64,000 nt of DNA from Candidatus Bathyarchaeota archaeon (GCA_963715865.1 OY970280.1:64001-128000), one strand, 5' to 3'. Positions 9,490 to 20,209 are shown, counted from the stretch's first letter. The notes: generated from the sequence alone by a model not told the origin. Made by a program: numbers and translations.

Positions 9490-11414
9490 ATTTTGAAGAA
9501 ATTGCTTATTTCCCCAGCTAAAACGCCTTTGCCGTCAGGTAAAACCTTCATACCATTGCTAATCCATGATGGCAGGAAACTGCGGCAGTAATTTGTGGCA
9601 AAACGGTAATCTAAAAAGACAATGGCGCCTCGATCATCCAGCGTTCGTATGGGTCTGCCTGCGGCTTGAGAAGCCCGCTTCATAGCGGGCAAAACATAAC
9701 CGTATTCGCGCCCAAGCCCTGGAAAACATTTCTCATAATAATCAATCTGCGCTTTCACCCTCGGCGTCGGCTCCGCATACGGAACACCTACGACTATTAC
9801 AGAGTTCATTTGGTTGCCTGGAAAGTCCACGCCTTCCGAGGTTCTTCCTCCTTGAACACCGAGGAACACGGCGCCGTTTCGGTCGCCGCATGCTTTGAAG
9901 TCTGAGACCATTTTCTCGTTTGCTTTAGAAGTCATACCTCTTCGCTCATGAAATAGGGGTTTTTCTAAAATATTCTCCAGGCCTTCGGAGACCAGAGCGT
10001 TTAGTACTTCGAATGAGGCAGCGAAAATTCCAGTGTTGGTCGGAGTATTCTCTACTACCTCGTTTATTCGTTGTATGATTGTTTGGTACATTGCTGGGGT
10101 TCTTTTTTCCATGGATGTGGTGACGCCGAGGGAAACGGCTGAGAACACGTGTTCTTTTGGAAACGGCGATGGCACAATGCATTTCACAGTGCTTTGTGGC
10201 AGTTTTGTTATTCGTGCGTAAGCTTCCAGCGGCTGAAGAGTACCCGACATTATAACGTTAGCATAAGTTGATGAGAAAACAGGTTCAGTAATTTTCGATG
10301 GGTCCAGTGCAACAATTTCTAGTTTTGCTGTTTTATTTTTTTCTTTGTTGAGATAGCGACTTGCGACGTTTATGTATGAGTTGTCGCCTAAGGTTTCAAG
10401 CCATTTTAGCAGGAAATCGCCCATTGCATGGACATAGGAGCGTGGGTTTTTTCCCTCTGTCAACAAACTCTTCTTAATTGCACTGCCTGCTTCATGCAAG
10501 TGTTCAAAGAATTCTCTGGGATTAGAGACATTGCCCTGCTTTTGAATGATTTCAATAATTCTATCTGGCGAGATTATTTCTTCTCTGTAAACCTGGTCGG
10601 TTAATTTTTCCACTTCAGTTCTAAAAAATTGGGCAAAATTCTCAATGTCTTTGTTGCCGAACCTGTTGGCTTCTAATTCTGCCTGCTTCATCACAAAAAG
10701 CGATAGGGTGCTGCTTGAGATGTCAATAGCTGTCTCAGGCAAGTTATGCGCTTCGTCAACGATTAAAATTATTTTTTGCAGTTCTGATTCAAGATTTTTC
10801 AGAAATGCTGTTCGAATCACGGGGTCGAAAACGTACAGGTAGCTTAAGGCAACTACTTTGGCATCTGATAAAGCAGACTTCACAAGTTCGTATGGGCAGA
10901 TTTCTTTTTTCTTGCATATTCTAAGAATTTCAGACGCCATATATGGACGAGCTGCGACTTGCTGTTGAAGTTGAAGGTAATCGTAGGTTCGCTCGTCCAC
11001 GTTAATGTAGTAAGGGCATCTGCTTTTGGCTTTCAGTAACTCACAAACTTCCATCATTGACTTTGAGTCAAAAGCGCCTTTAGCAGCGAAAACGTTAAGG
11101 CACATTTCATTGCGCCCGCGAATGGAAACGCCTGCAACTGGGTGCTTCTTGTATATTGCTCTTAATTCTTCTATAACGCGGTCATGCTGCCGATGAGTCC
11201 GCGCCACATAAAGTATTTTCAAGTTTTTCTCGATGGCAACTGGTAAGCAAGCGGAAAGAGCTGAAATGGTTTTTCCCAACCCGTTGCTGCCTTCAATGAG
11301 TACAGAACGTCTCTCATGTACAGCGTTGAAAACCGTGTTCACAAACTCATCTTGATGGGGACGCACACTAGAGTAAGGGAAATACTCTGTAACTTCAGAA
11401 GGTAGCTTAATCAT
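9480..11414 (-). CDS. xpd: XPD/Rad3/DinG family Fe-S DNA helicase
   Basis: GSNGLGKT, four Fe-S cysteines, DEAH box, SGTL, SEGVDFPG, QAAGRPIR. Confidence 0.9.
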   Translation of the reverse strand: MIKLPSEVTEYFPYSSVRPHQDEFVNTVFNAVHERRSVLIEGSNGLGKTISALSACLPVAIEKNLKILYVARTHRQHDRVIEELRAIYKKHPVAGVSIRGRNEMCLNVFAAKGAFDSKSMMEVCELLKAKSRCPYYINVDERTYDYLQLQQQVAARPYMASEILRICKKKEICPYELVKSALSDAKVVALSYLYVFDPVIRTAFLKNLESELQKIILIVDEAHNLPETAIDISSSTLSLFVMKQAELEANRFGNKDIENFAQFFRTEVEKLTDQVYREEIISPDRIIEIIQKQGNVSNPREFFEHLHEAGSAIKKSLLTEGKNPRSYVHAMGDFLLKWLETLGDNSYINVASRYLNKEKNKTAKLEIVALDPSKITEPVFSSTYANVIMSGTLQPLEAYARITKLPQSTVKCIVPSPFPKEHVFSAVSLGVTTSMEKRTPAMYQTIIQRINEVVENTPTNTGIFAASFEVLNALVSEGLENILEKPLFHERRGMTSKANEKMVSDFKACGDRNGAVFLGVQGGRTSEGVDFPGNQMNSVIVVGVPYAEPTPRVKAQIDYYEKCFPGLGREYGYVLPAMKRASQAAGRPIRTLDDRGAIVFLDYRFATNYCRSFLPSWISNGMKVLPDGKGVLAGEISNFFKIQS

Positions 11415-12081
11415 TTTTATCCCCTAAACCATTTGAAGGACAGTAATTGTACACCGGGCATTCAATGCAATGGGGCTGTCTTGCTTTACAGTATTTTCTG
11501 CCATGCGCAATCAACAGCAAATGAACTGCTAAGTAATCTTTCGGTTGAAAAAGCGACTGAAGACTCAAGCGTACAGCTTCGTAATTGCCGTTTGCGGGCG
11601 CTAAACCAAGTCGCTTGGTCACACGGTTCACATGTGTATCCACGGGAATGGTGGGTTGGTTTGCTGAGAAGAGCAAGACAACATCCGCTGTTTTCGGCCC
11701 GACTCCGGGCAGTTCAGTGAGCATTTTTCTTGCCTCACCTAAAGGTAAAGATAAAATAGGCGCTAGTGAACCGTGAAATTTTTCCAGAATAATTTTTGAG
11801 GCAGTCTGTATTGTTTTAGCTTTGCTCTTGTAGAGACCGCCAACTCGAAGGCAAGCTTCAATCCTGCTTATTTCAGCATTTGCCAGCACTTCAGGCGTTA
11901 TTTCGAACTGCTTCGAGAGGTTTTCGAAGGCTCTCGCAGTATTGCGGTCAGCGGTGTTCTGTGAAATAATCGTTATAACTAAGGTTTCGAAGGGGTCCTT
12001 TTTTGATTTAACAAATTTAGGCATGTCTATGGTGTCTTGTAATTTTTGCAAGATTGTTGCGGCGCGAGTTTCAGTCGTCAT
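11407..12081 (-). CDS. nth: Endonuclease III (HhH-GPD glycosylase/lyase)
   Basis: LPGVGPKTADVVL, PVDTHV, C-x6-C-x2-C-x5-C Fe-S motif; ATG 12081 preferred over the track start. Confidence 0.9.
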   Translation of the reverse strand: MTTETRAATILQKLQDTIDMPKFVKSKKDPFETLVITIISQNTADRNTARAFENLSKQFEITPEVLANAEISRIEACLRVGGLYKSKAKTIQTASKIILEKFHGSLAPILSLPLGEARKMLTELPGVGPKTADVVLLFSANQPTIPVDTHVNRVTKRLGLAPANGNYEAVRLSLQSLFQPKDYLAVHLLLIAHGRKYCKARQPHCIECPVYNYCPSNGLGDKND

Positions 12082-12369
12082 CTTTTGGTCTTCGTCCCTC
12101 TCGAAAATCTTGCCAAAATATTGATTGGTCAAGCTATTAAATACCATCTGTGCGAAAAGGCTGAATGACAAACGGTCCCCTAATGGTCACGTTATGACAA
12201 CGTTAAAACAAGGCTTATGGAAATGCAGGTTTTCATGTTTTCAACGTTAGAATCAACCTCAAACCCTTGGAGCGTTGGAAAACGGAATTTGCTTTTATAG
12301 GAAAGGTTTTTAGTGTAGTTATTATATGAGACTGTGAAAAAGTGTATAGTGTAAAGTGAGGTTAACATT

Positions 12370-13098
12370 ATGTCAGTGTTTGCAGCACCAGGTGCATATG
12401 ACCGTGCAATAACCGTTTTCTCGCCTGACGGACGACTCTTCCAAGTCGAATACGCAATGGAGTTAGTGAATCGTGGAGCCACGATTTTAGGCATCCAAAG
12501 TCCAGAAGGACTTGTTCTTGGTTCCGAAGAAAACATCGAAGTCCTTGAAGAAGCAGGTTACTCGTGGAAAATCTTCAGGGTAGACGACCACATTGGCGCA
12601 GCAATAGTTGGTTTAAGCTCAGACGCCAGAATACTTATCGATCAAGCCAGGATATACGCTCAAAGTAACAAATTAACCTACGATGAACCCATCGATGTAG
12701 AAGTCGTAACCAAACGCATATGTGACATCCAACAAATGTACACGCAACATGCAGGTGTAAGACCCTTCGGAGTTTCAATAATTTTCGGAGGAGTCGACAA
12801 AACAGGAACAAGAGTTTTCGGGACACATCCAAGCGGAACCTACAGAGGATACAAAGCAACAGCTTTAGGCGCAGGAAGAGAAACCGTCCTACCAGTTCTA
12901 AAGGAAGAATACGTCGAAGGCATGACTTTGGAAAAAAGCATTAAACTCGCAGTAAAATGCTTAGTAAAAGCCCTAGAAGCAAGGCAGTTGCCGCCAAGAA
13001 TAAAGATTGCAATCATACCTACAGCAACTAAGAAAATGGAAATGTTAAACGACGACACTGTAGAAGGTTACATCAAAGAGCTGGGTTCAAGCAAGTGA
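12370..13098 (+). CDS. psmA: Proteasome alpha subunit
   Basis: YDRAITVFSPDGRLFQVEYA signature. Confidence 0.97.
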   Translation: MSVFAAPGAYDRAITVFSPDGRLFQVEYAMELVNRGATILGIQSPEGLVLGSEENIEVLEEAGYSWKIFRVDDHIGAAIVGLSSDARILIDQARIYAQSNKLTYDEPIDVEVVTKRICDIQQMYTQHAGVRPFGVSIIFGGVDKTGTRVFGTHPSGTYRGYKATALGAGRETVLPVLKEEYVEGMTLEKSIKLAVKCLVKALEARQLPPRIKIAIIPTATKKMEMLNDDTVEGYIKELGSSK

Positions 13099-13105
13099 AA
13101 ACTCG

Positions 13106-13795
13106 ATGAGTGAAAAGTTCACCGTTGCACGTTTAACAAAAGAAAACGAGCATTTTGAAATTCTAGTAAAACCCCAAAAAGCACTGGATTACCGCAACGG
13201 CAAGATTTCAGGAATAACCGATGTTTTAGCCGCTGAAATAATTTTTTCTGACGCAAACAAAGGCACCAAAGTTTCCGAGGAAGCAATGCGCAAAGCCTTC
13301 GGAACCACAGACCAATTAATAATTGCTGACATGATACTGAAGAAAGGAACGCTTCAACTTACAACTGAACAAAGACGCAAAATGATCGAAGACAAAAGAA
13401 GACAAATAATCGATTTTATCGCAAGACAAGCAGTTGACCCGAAAACAAATCTGCCGCATCCTCCAATGCGCATCGAGAATGCGATGGAGCAAATCCGTTA
13501 CCCAATTGACCCGTACAAGCCAGTGGAAGAACAAGCCAAAGAAATAGTAAAACTGTTGCGACCTATTTTGCCGTTAAAGATAGAGCAAATAACAGTCGCA
13601 GTGAAAATACCTGCCCAATACTCAGCAAGAGCTTACGGATCTGTCAAAACTTTGGGCACTATAAAACGGGAAGAATGGCGTGGAGATGGCTCATGGTATG
13701 GCGAATTAGAATTGCCTGCTGGATCATACGCCTCGTTGCTAAACAAACTTGGCGACGTAACTAAGGGAAGTGGAGAAGCAAAAATAATCTCTTAA
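13106..13795 (+). CDS. Ribosome maturation protein SBDS/Sdo1
   Basis: HFEILV, DP.TNLPHPP.RIE.AM motifs; standard operon position. Confidence 0.95.
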   Translation: MSEKFTVARLTKENEHFEILVKPQKALDYRNGKISGITDVLAAEIIFSDANKGTKVSEEAMRKAFGTTDQLIIADMILKKGTLQLTTEQRRKMIEDKRRQIIDFIARQAVDPKTNLPHPPMRIENAMEQIRYPIDPYKPVEEQAKEIVKLLRPILPLKIEQITVAVKIPAQYSARAYGSVKTLGTIKREEWRGDGSWYGELELPAGSYASLLNKLGDVTKGSGEAKIIS

Positions 13796-13823
13796 AAAAG
13801 TAAAAAAAGGATAGGTGAAAATT

Positions 13824-14534
13824 ATGCCAATATTCTTTGAAAAAAAACAGCTTGTAACGCCAGGAGAATTGCTTGCTGAAGGCGATTATTTAGCTGGCGA
13901 AAACACGTATATGGAAGGAAACAAAATTTGCGCCGCAAGAATTGGACTTGTGGATACTGATAATAAAAAAGTAAATGTTGTTGCACTTCGGGCTTTTTAT
14001 GTGCCTAAAGTAGGTGACATCGTGATAGGAACAGTCGTAGAAGTTGGTTTTAACGGCTGGACAGTTGATATTAAATCACCCTACTCAGCGCTCCTACGTG
14101 CATCAGACGTTTTAAGCAGGCCTTTCAAGCCTCAAAACGACGAGTTATCCCAAGTTCTGAACGCTGGAGACTTGATTGTCGCAAAAATCGCTTCGTATGA
14201 TAGAGCTCACGACCCACAGCTTACTGTTGGAGAGCCAGGTTTGGGAAAAATAACTCGTGGGCAAATTCTTAGGGTGACACCTACAAAGATTCCTCGTGTA
14301 ATCGGTAGAAAAGGCTCAATGATTTCCATGATAAAACAGGAAACAGGTTGCCAAATTATTTTGGGGCTTAACGGTGTCATTTTGGTCACTGGGAAAAGCG
14401 TGGAAGACGAGGAACTTGCTATAGAAGCGATTAAAAAAATTGATCAGGAATCCCACACGAGTGGCCTAACAGATCGTATCACACAGTTGCTTAAAGAAAA
14501 GAAAGTTAAAGTGGAGGAAAATAAGAATGAATGA
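13824..14534 (+). CDS. rrp4: Exosome RNA-binding subunit Rrp4
   Basis: VTPGELLA, S1 domain and KH motif [12 protein letters not shown]; SD GGTGA before ATG 13824. Confidence 0.95.
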   Translation: MPIFFEKKQLVTPGELLAEGDYLAGENTYMEGNKICAARIGLVDTDNKKVNVVALRAFYVPKVGDIVIGTVVEVGFNGWTVDIKSPYSALLRASDVLSRPFKPQNDELSQVLNAGDLIVAKIASYDRAHDPQLTVGEPGLGKITRGQILRVTPTKIPRVIGRKGSMISMIKQETGCQIILGLNGVILVTGKSVEDEELAIEAIKKIDQESHTSGLTDRITQLLKEKKVKVEENKNE

Positions 14535-15261
14535 GAAAACTGAAAAATTAATTGATAAAAAAGGTATCCGATTGGATGGTAGAAAAGCAGATGAACTTCG
14601 ACCCTTAAAACTTCAAGTAGGCGTTTTATCAAACGCTGATGGATCAGCCTATATTGAACATGGAAAAAACAAGATTTTAGCCGCAGCGTTCGGTCCAAGA
14701 GAAATGCATCCAAAGCATCTGGCTATGCAAGACCGTATGGTTTTGAGGTGCCGTTATCACATGGCTCCCTTTTCAGTGCAGGAACGCAAATCACCTGCGC
14801 CTTCAAGAAGGGAAGTTGAGCTTTCAAAAGTGATAAAGGAGTCTTTGGAACCAGCGTTGTTCTTGGAGCTTTATCCACGGACAGGTGTTGACGTTTTTGT
14901 TGAAGTACTACAGGCTGACGGTGGAACACGTTGTGCAAGCATTACTGCTGCTGCACTAGCCATTGCTGACTCGGGTGTTCCAATGCGTGATTTAGTTGTT
15001 GCTTGCGCAGCTGGAAAAGTCGATGACACCATTGTTTTGGACTTGTATGATGCTGAGGACAAGCTTGGTGCTGCAGATGTTCCAGTAGCTTTTATGCCTA
15101 ATTTGAATGCGATTACGCTGCTTCAGATGGATGGTATACTTACGCCTGAAGAATTTGAGAAAGCGGTGAACATGGCGATGGATGGATGCAAGAAAATCTA
15201 TGAGATGCAGAAGGAAGCTTTAAAGACTAAGTACATGGTTGTTAAGGAGGTTGAAGAGTAA
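14527..15261 (+). CDS. rrp41: Exosome subunit Rrp41
   Basis: [29 protein letters not shown]. Confidence 0.97.
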   Translation: MNEKTEKLIDKKGIRLDGRKADELRPLKLQVGVLSNADGSAYIEHGKNKILAAAFGPREMHPKHLAMQDRMVLRCRYHMAPFSVQERKSPAPSRREVELSKVIKESLEPALFLELYPRTGVDVFVEVLQADGGTRCASITAAALAIADSGVPMRDLVVACAAGKVDDTIVLDLYDAEDKLGAADVPVAFMPNLNAITLLQMDGILTPEEFEKAVNMAMDGCKKIYEMQKEALKTKYMVVKEVEE

Positions 15262-16052
15262 TGTCGTCGCTTGTTACTCGTGTTAGACTAAAGCAGATTG
15301 AGCAGCTTATTGAAAAAGGAAAACGGCTAGATGAACGAGGTTTACACGATTACAGAGAAATCAAGATCGAGCAGGGTTTGATTGAGCGCGCTGAAGGTTC
15401 AGCTAGAGTTTTGCTTGGCAAGACAGAGGTTCTTGTAGGCGTAAAAGTTGAAACTGGCGAACCATTCCCAGACACACCAAACGAAGGTGTACAAACAGTT
15501 AACGCTGAGCTTGTACCGTTAGCATCACCTAATTTCGAACCAGGACCACCTGACGAAAACTCGATTGAGTTAGCAAGAGTTGTTGACAGAGGCATCCGTG
15601 AGTCAAAAGCTATTGATACTGAAAAATTATGCATTGAGCCTGGGCAGAAAGTGTTCGTTGTCTTCGTTGACGTTTACGTGCTAAATCATGATGGAAACTT
15701 GATTGATGCTTCTGCGTTGGCTGCTATGGCTGCTTTGTTGAATACTAAAATGCCTAATTACGAAATCAAAGATGGCGAACTGAAGATTAAACAAGGGTAC
15801 ACTCCGTTACCGATGAAAAGTCACCCAATAACGGTTACAATTGGGAAGATTAACAATTATTTGATTGTTGACCCTTGGCTGGAAGAAGAGCAAGTTATGG
15901 ACTCGCGAATTTCATTTGCTTTCAATGACGACGGTAATATTTGTGCAATTCAGAAGGGTGGCTCAGGCTATTTCACACCGCAACAGATTTTAGAAGCATC
16001 GAAGATTGCTCGGGAGAAAGCAGCTGAACTGCGCAAGAAGCTTGATTGGTGA
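15261..16052 (+). CDS. rrp42: Exosome subunit Rrp42
   Basis: GKRLDER, AEGSARV.LG.T, GPPDENSIELARVVDRGIRES. Confidence 0.97.
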   Translation: MSSLVTRVRLKQIEQLIEKGKRLDERGLHDYREIKIEQGLIERAEGSARVLLGKTEVLVGVKVETGEPFPDTPNEGVQTVNAELVPLASPNFEPGPPDENSIELARVVDRGIRESKAIDTEKLCIEPGQKVFVVFVDVYVLNHDGNLIDASALAAMAALLNTKMPNYEIKDGELKIKQGYTPLPMKSHPITVTIGKINNYLIVDPWLEEEQVMDSRISFAFNDDGNICAIQKGGSGYFTPQQILEASKIAREKAAELRKKLDW

Positions 16053-16387
16053 AAAAGTTGCCGAAAACAAAGAAGGTTGGTCCAACACGAGGTTTAGGTC
16101 CACGTTACGGTTCGACAGTCAGGAAACGCTATATCAAAGTGATTACTGAACTCAAAAGGCCGCATAAATGCCCAAACTGCGGCTTTGTGAGAGTACGGCG
16201 TGAGAGCGTTGGCGTTTGGAAATGCAAAAAATGTAATTTCACTTTCGCTGGCGGAGCTTACACTCCAATGACTAAGCTGGGTGTTGTGGCTAGGCGTGCA
16301 GCTAAAGGTTTGCCCGTAGAGGAAGCGGCAAAAGAAGCGGCAAAGGCTGCTGCTGTTGAGCCGGCAACTAAAGAAGAAACCGAGTAA
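16046..16387 (+). CDS. rpl37ae: Ribosomal protein eL43/L37Ae with Ala/Glu-rich tail
   Basis: GPRYGSTVR, CPNC...C.KC, FAGGAYTP. Confidence 0.95.
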   Translation: MVKKLPKTKKVGPTRGLGPRYGSTVRKRYIKVITELKRPHKCPNCGFVRVRRESVGVWKCKKCNFTFAGGAYTPMTKLGVVARRAAKGLPVEEAAKEAAKAAAVEPATKEETE

Positions 16388-16465
16388 CCTCTTCTTTAAT
16401 TTTTATTTTTTGTTAGATTTTGTTTATTACTTTGAACTCCGTGTTTTAGCATAGGGAATGCTAAA

Positions 16466-16723
16466 ATGGCAATTAGGGCAAAGGCTAATGTGCGCTTAAA
16501 GTTCGCTTCAGAAAAACACCTGTCAACGCTTCTTAATGCCTTAATGCCAGAAGCTAATGCGCCAGTAACTAGACGAGCCACGGTAAAATTAGAAAAAGAC
16601 GGATTATTTCTCATGTTAACGGTTGAGGCTGAGGACACGGTTGCTTTGCGTGCAACGTTGAATGCTTATTTGAGATGGATAAACTCAACAATTAACGTAA
16701 TAGACGTGGTTGAACAAGCTTAA
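16466..16723 (+). CDS. pcc1: KEOPS subunit Pcc1
   Basis: AL.PE...V.AED..ALRATLNAYLRW; conserved position after rpl37ae. Confidence 0.85.
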   Translation: MAIRAKANVRLKFASEKHLSTLLNALMPEANAPVTRRATVKLEKDGLFLMLTVEAEDTVALRATLNAYLRWINSTINVIDVVEQA

Positions 16724-16825
16724 TTTGTTAGGCGAACAGTGCTTGGGGCAAGTTTATAGCCGCAACTATTTAAAAGGTTTAATCAGCTTGGTGTTTTTTT
16801 CAAGTTTTGTTGACTGAACATGTTT

Positions 16826-17083
16826 TCACTTGTATTTTGCTTTGAGTATTAGGATTATGAGAGCTTGGATGAAAGCTAAGGAGTTTGCAATCATAATCGG
16901 CAAATCGTTTAGGTAAACTCCATAAACAAACCATAAAAACACGCCGCCGCAATATAATGCGAACATTCCGGTTGAGATGTCTTTGGTTGATTTTGTCTTC
17001 CAAACCTTGATTAACTGAGGGAAAAGCGCGATTGTGGTGAAAGCAGCGGCGATTAAGCCAATTATTGTTATAGTGTCCATCAT
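16826..17083 (-). CDS. SemiSWEET / PQ-loop transporter
   Basis: FPQLIK..KTKSTKDIS, W.VYG, N, three TM helices. Confidence 0.9.
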   Translation of the reverse strand: MMDTITIIGLIAAAFTTIALFPQLIKVWKTKSTKDISTGMFALYCGGVFLWFVYGVYLNDLPIMIANSLAFIQALIILILKAKYK

Positions 17084-17173
17084 GCTCTTGCTTCTAGCTT
17101 ACATGCGATTGGTATTTAGGTTTCGTTATAAAACAAAATTGTCCAAGAAAAACGCAATAATTCGAGTTATTGA

Positions 17174-17296
17174 TTAACTGGTTATCCTATTTTTTGAGCC
17201 GTAGTTCACAACTATCTGGCAAGCCTTGTTGAAAGCAACTGCTGTTTCCACAAGCGAGTTTTCAAAAGGCAGCTTAACTTGGATAGTTCTGAACAT
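17174..17296 (-). pseudogene. Probable N-terminal remnant of TnpB (IS200/IS605 family)
   Basis: Not in track. MFRTIQVKLPFENSLVETAVAFNKACQIVVNYG then stop after 40 aa; resembles TnpB N-termini (RT.K.KL...L.ET...F..AC..V..YG). Confidence 0.5.
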
Positions 17297-17443
17297 ATTT
17301 TACAAACCGCAAGTTTTTCTATTTAAGTTTAATTAATAATCACGGTCAGCTCAAAAGTTAACTGTTCACTCGTCAAAAAGGTTTAAATAAATACTGTCTC
17401 ATTTCGTATATGCTTCAAGTTAAAAAACGGATGAAAATTTAGC

Positions 17444-17935
17444 ATGTCACAGGAATATCGCTATATACTTCGTATTATGGGTACAGACGTTCAAGGTACC
17501 CTTAAGGCTTCTTACGCGGTAGCACAAATAAAAGGCGTAAGCATGAGCCTCTCAAATGCAGTCTTAAAAAAAGCAGGAGTAAATCCTGACCTGCGCGTAG
17601 GCTTCTTAACAGAATCAGACATATCAAAAATAGAAGATGTTATCCGAGAACCAGCAAAATATAGCCTGCCAACTTGGCTTTTTAACAGGCGAAAAGACTC
17701 GGAAACAGGAAAAGATATGCACCTTTTAAGCGCTGACCTTGTTTTAAGAACAAAACAGGATATTGATGAAGCCAAAGAAATCAGGTCTTGGCGTGGATAC
17801 CGCCATGCTTATGGCCTGAAGGTTCGTGGACAACATACAAAAACCACTGGAAGAGCAGGCAAAGCCTTAGGTGTCAAGAAGAAGACCCTTATGCAGAGGC
17901 CTGGTGGAGCGCCACCCGCTGAAGGAGGCAAATAA
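17444..17935 (+). CDS. rps13: Ribosomal protein uS13
   Basis: IKGV, W..NRRKD.ETG, SWRGYRH.YGLKVRGQ.T.TTGR. Confidence 0.97.
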   Translation: MSQEYRYILRIMGTDVQGTLKASYAVAQIKGVSMSLSNAVLKKAGVNPDLRVGFLTESDISKIEDVIREPAKYSLPTWLFNRRKDSETGKDMHLLSADLVLRTKQDIDEAKEIRSWRGYRHAYGLKVRGQHTKTTGRAGKALGVKKKTLMQRPGGAPPAEGGK

Positions 17936-17937
17936 AC

Positions 17938-18528
17938 ATGGGAGACCCGAAGAAGCAACGTAAAAAATTCGATACTCCGCGATTCCGCTGGCGCAAAGAC
18001 ATCCTTCAAGAAGAGCTCAAACTTATTGGTCAATATGGCTTAAGAAACAAGCATGAACTCTGGCGCCATAAAACCACTCTATCAAAAACCAGAGGCATCG
18101 CCCGTTCACTTATCAGTAAAACTCCTGAAGAACGAGCAAAAATAGAAAACGAGCTACTCATAAAACTCAAAAAACGCGGTATCCTACAAGAAACCGCCGT
18201 GTTAGACAACGTTTTAGACTTAACAATCGAAGACATATTAGAACGCAGGCTTCAAACAATCGTTTTCCGCAAAGGCTTATCAAGAACAATCTTCCAATCA
18301 CGCCAACTAATCTCACATGGACACGTAACCATAGATAACCGCAGAGTAACTATTCCCGGCTACATAGTGCCAAAAGAGGAAGAAACAAAAATCATTTATT
18401 CACCAGAAAGCGCTGTTGCAAACCAAGCCCACCCATTACGCGTCGGATTAACAGTCGTAGCTAAACAACCAGAAATTAGGCAGCCTAGCCGAGGCCGAAG
18501 AGGCGGAAGAGGAGGCGGACGGTTCTGA
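17938..18528 (+). CDS. rps4: Ribosomal protein uS4
   Basis: [33 protein letters not shown]. Confidence 0.97.
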   Translation: MGDPKKQRKKFDTPRFRWRKDILQEELKLIGQYGLRNKHELWRHKTTLSKTRGIARSLISKTPEERAKIENELLIKLKKRGILQETAVLDNVLDLTIEDILERRLQTIVFRKGLSRTIFQSRQLISHGHVTIDNRRVTIPGYIVPKEEETKIIYSPESAVANQAHPLRVGLTVVAKQPEIRQPSRGRRGGRGGGRF

Positions 18529-18929
18529 GCACCAGTAATAAACGAAACGAGAAATTTGCCATCGTCCACATCTTCAGCTCCTACAATAACACGTTAATCC
18601 ACATAACTGACCTTTCAGGCGCAGAAACAATCGCTCGCACAAGTGGCGGTATGTACGTAAAAGCAGACCGCATGGAATCTTCACCATACGCCGCTATGCG
18701 TGCAGCAACCGGCGCAGCTGAAGTAGCTCGGGATAAAGGAATAACCGCCATCCATATTAAAGTCCGAGCGCCAGGCGGTTCGGGACCAAGAACTCCGGGA
18801 CCAGGCGCTCAAGCAGCCATACGTGCATTGGCAAGGTTTGGTTTCCGTATTGAACGCATTGAAGAAGTTACGCCAATTCCCCATGACGGCACAAGAAGGC
18901 CTGGCGGCAGAAGAGGAAGAAGAGTCTAA
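18525..18929 (+). CDS. rps11: Ribosomal protein uS11, probable CTG start
   Basis: Conserved N-terminus ([22 protein letters not shown]) lies upstream of ATG 18651; the only plausible start is CTG 18525 overlapping the rps4 stop. Confidence 0.93.
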   Translation: MSTSNKRNEKFAIVHIFSSYNNTLIHITDLSGAETIARTSGGMYVKADRMESSPYAAMRAATGAAEVARDKGITAIHIKVRAPGGSGPRTPGPGAQAAIRALARFGFRIERIEEVTPIPHDGTRRPGGRRGRRV

Positions 18930-19034
18930 TCTTCGTTTTCCCTTCTTTATTAACAGAAAAATTGAAATAATGCACCTATATCTCTATTGAACCGCACAGC
19001 CATTATAGTAACCTTATTGGAGTGTCTCAGTCAA

Positions 19035-19850
19035 GTGAAAATAGAAATCCTTGAAAAAAACGATACCAACTTCCGCATAATCGTCAGAGAAGCGGATGTT
19101 CCGTTAATGAACGCTTTGCGTAGAATAGCACTTGCTGAGGTACCCACCATGGCAATAGATGAAGTTGTCATGATAGAAAACTCCTCAATTTTACAGGATG
19201 AAATAATTTCACATCGCTTGGGGCTCACTCCCTTGAAAACTGACTTGGACAGTTATAATCTTCCTGAAGAATGCCAATGCAAAAGCGAATTCGGCTGCTC
19301 TCAGTGTAGAGTAACGCTCACGCTGGACGCTGAAGCCAAGGAAGGGACAAGAACAGTTTATTCGGGAGAAATCATTTCGGAAAATCCTGAAATCATCCCT
19401 GTCTCAGACAAAATCCCAATATTAAAACTGGCTAAAAACCAAAAACTAAAACTTGAAGCTTACGCGCGGCTCGGAAGAGGCAAAAACCATGCAAAATGGC
19501 AGCCAGTTTCAATGTGTGCTTACAAGTATTTCCCAAAAATAACTGCTCCAACCGAGAAATGTGAACAATGCGCAAAATGCGTAGACATCTGCCCCAAGAA
19601 AGTGCTGACCATTAAAGATGAAAAAGTTGATGTCAGAGACCTCTTGGCATGCAACCTTTGCATGGACTGTGTTGAAGCTTGCCCAAAAAAGCCGTCACCG
19701 TTGAAGGTTGAATGGGAAAAGAACGCGTTCATAATGAATATAGAGTCAACAGGTGCGCTTCCACCAGAACGCATCCTCAAAGAAGCCTCCAAAACGTTAG
19801 GCAAACAACTAAACGAACTTGAAGAATTAATAAAGGCTGAACAGCAATGA
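19035..19850 (+). CDS. rpoD: RNA polymerase subunit D (Rpo3) with ferredoxin-like domain
   Basis: NALRR..LAEVP.MAID.V, HRLGL.P, AKWQP, two CxxCxxCxxxCP-type motifs; GTG 19035 preferred start. Confidence 0.95.
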   Translation: MKIEILEKNDTNFRIIVREADVPLMNALRRIALAEVPTMAIDEVVMIENSSILQDEIISHRLGLTPLKTDLDSYNLPEECQCKSEFGCSQCRVTLTLDAEAKEGTRTVYSGEIISENPEIIPVSDKIPILKLAKNQKLKLEAYARLGRGKNHAKWQPVSMCAYKYFPKITAPTEKCEQCAKCVDICPKKVLTIKDEKVDVRDLLACNLCMDCVEACPKKPSPLKVEWEKNAFIMNIESTGALPPERILKEASKTLGKQLNELEELIKAEQQ

Positions 19851-20209
19851 AAGAAACAAAAACCACAAACCCAGAATTAGTCCAGCTTATCCGTCTTCTA
19901 AAGAAAGAGAGCAGAGAAAAACAAGCAGGCATCTGGCTAGACGTAGCTGAACACTTGTCCAAGTCGCGGAGTCAACGCATCTCCGTTAACCTGAGCAGAA
20001 TAAACAGGAACACCAAAAGAAGCGACGTAATCGTTGTTCCAGGCAAAATCTTAGCCTCAGGCAGCCTAAACCACGCAGTAACAGTAGCATCATTTGGCGC
20101 TTCTGAGAAAGCGAAGGAAAAACTTGTTGCTGCCAAAGCAAAATACCTTTCAATCCCTGAGCTCTTAAAGAAAAATCCTAAGGGCGCAAACATCAAGATT
20201 ATTCGGTGA
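19847..20209 (+). CDS. rpl18e: Ribosomal protein eL18
   Basis: TNP, W..VA..L, VNLSRINR, VPGKIL. Confidence 0.95.
   Translation: MKETKTTNPELVQLIRLLKKESREKQAGIWLDVAEHLSKSRSQRISVNLSRINRNTKRSDVIVVPGKILASGSLNHAVTVASFGASEKAKEKLVAAKAKYLSIPELLKKNPKGANIKIIR

Noticed and set aside
19035-19850. Ferredoxin-like domain in RpoD as a novelty
   Set aside because: Fe-S-containing Rpo3 is already known in many archaea.
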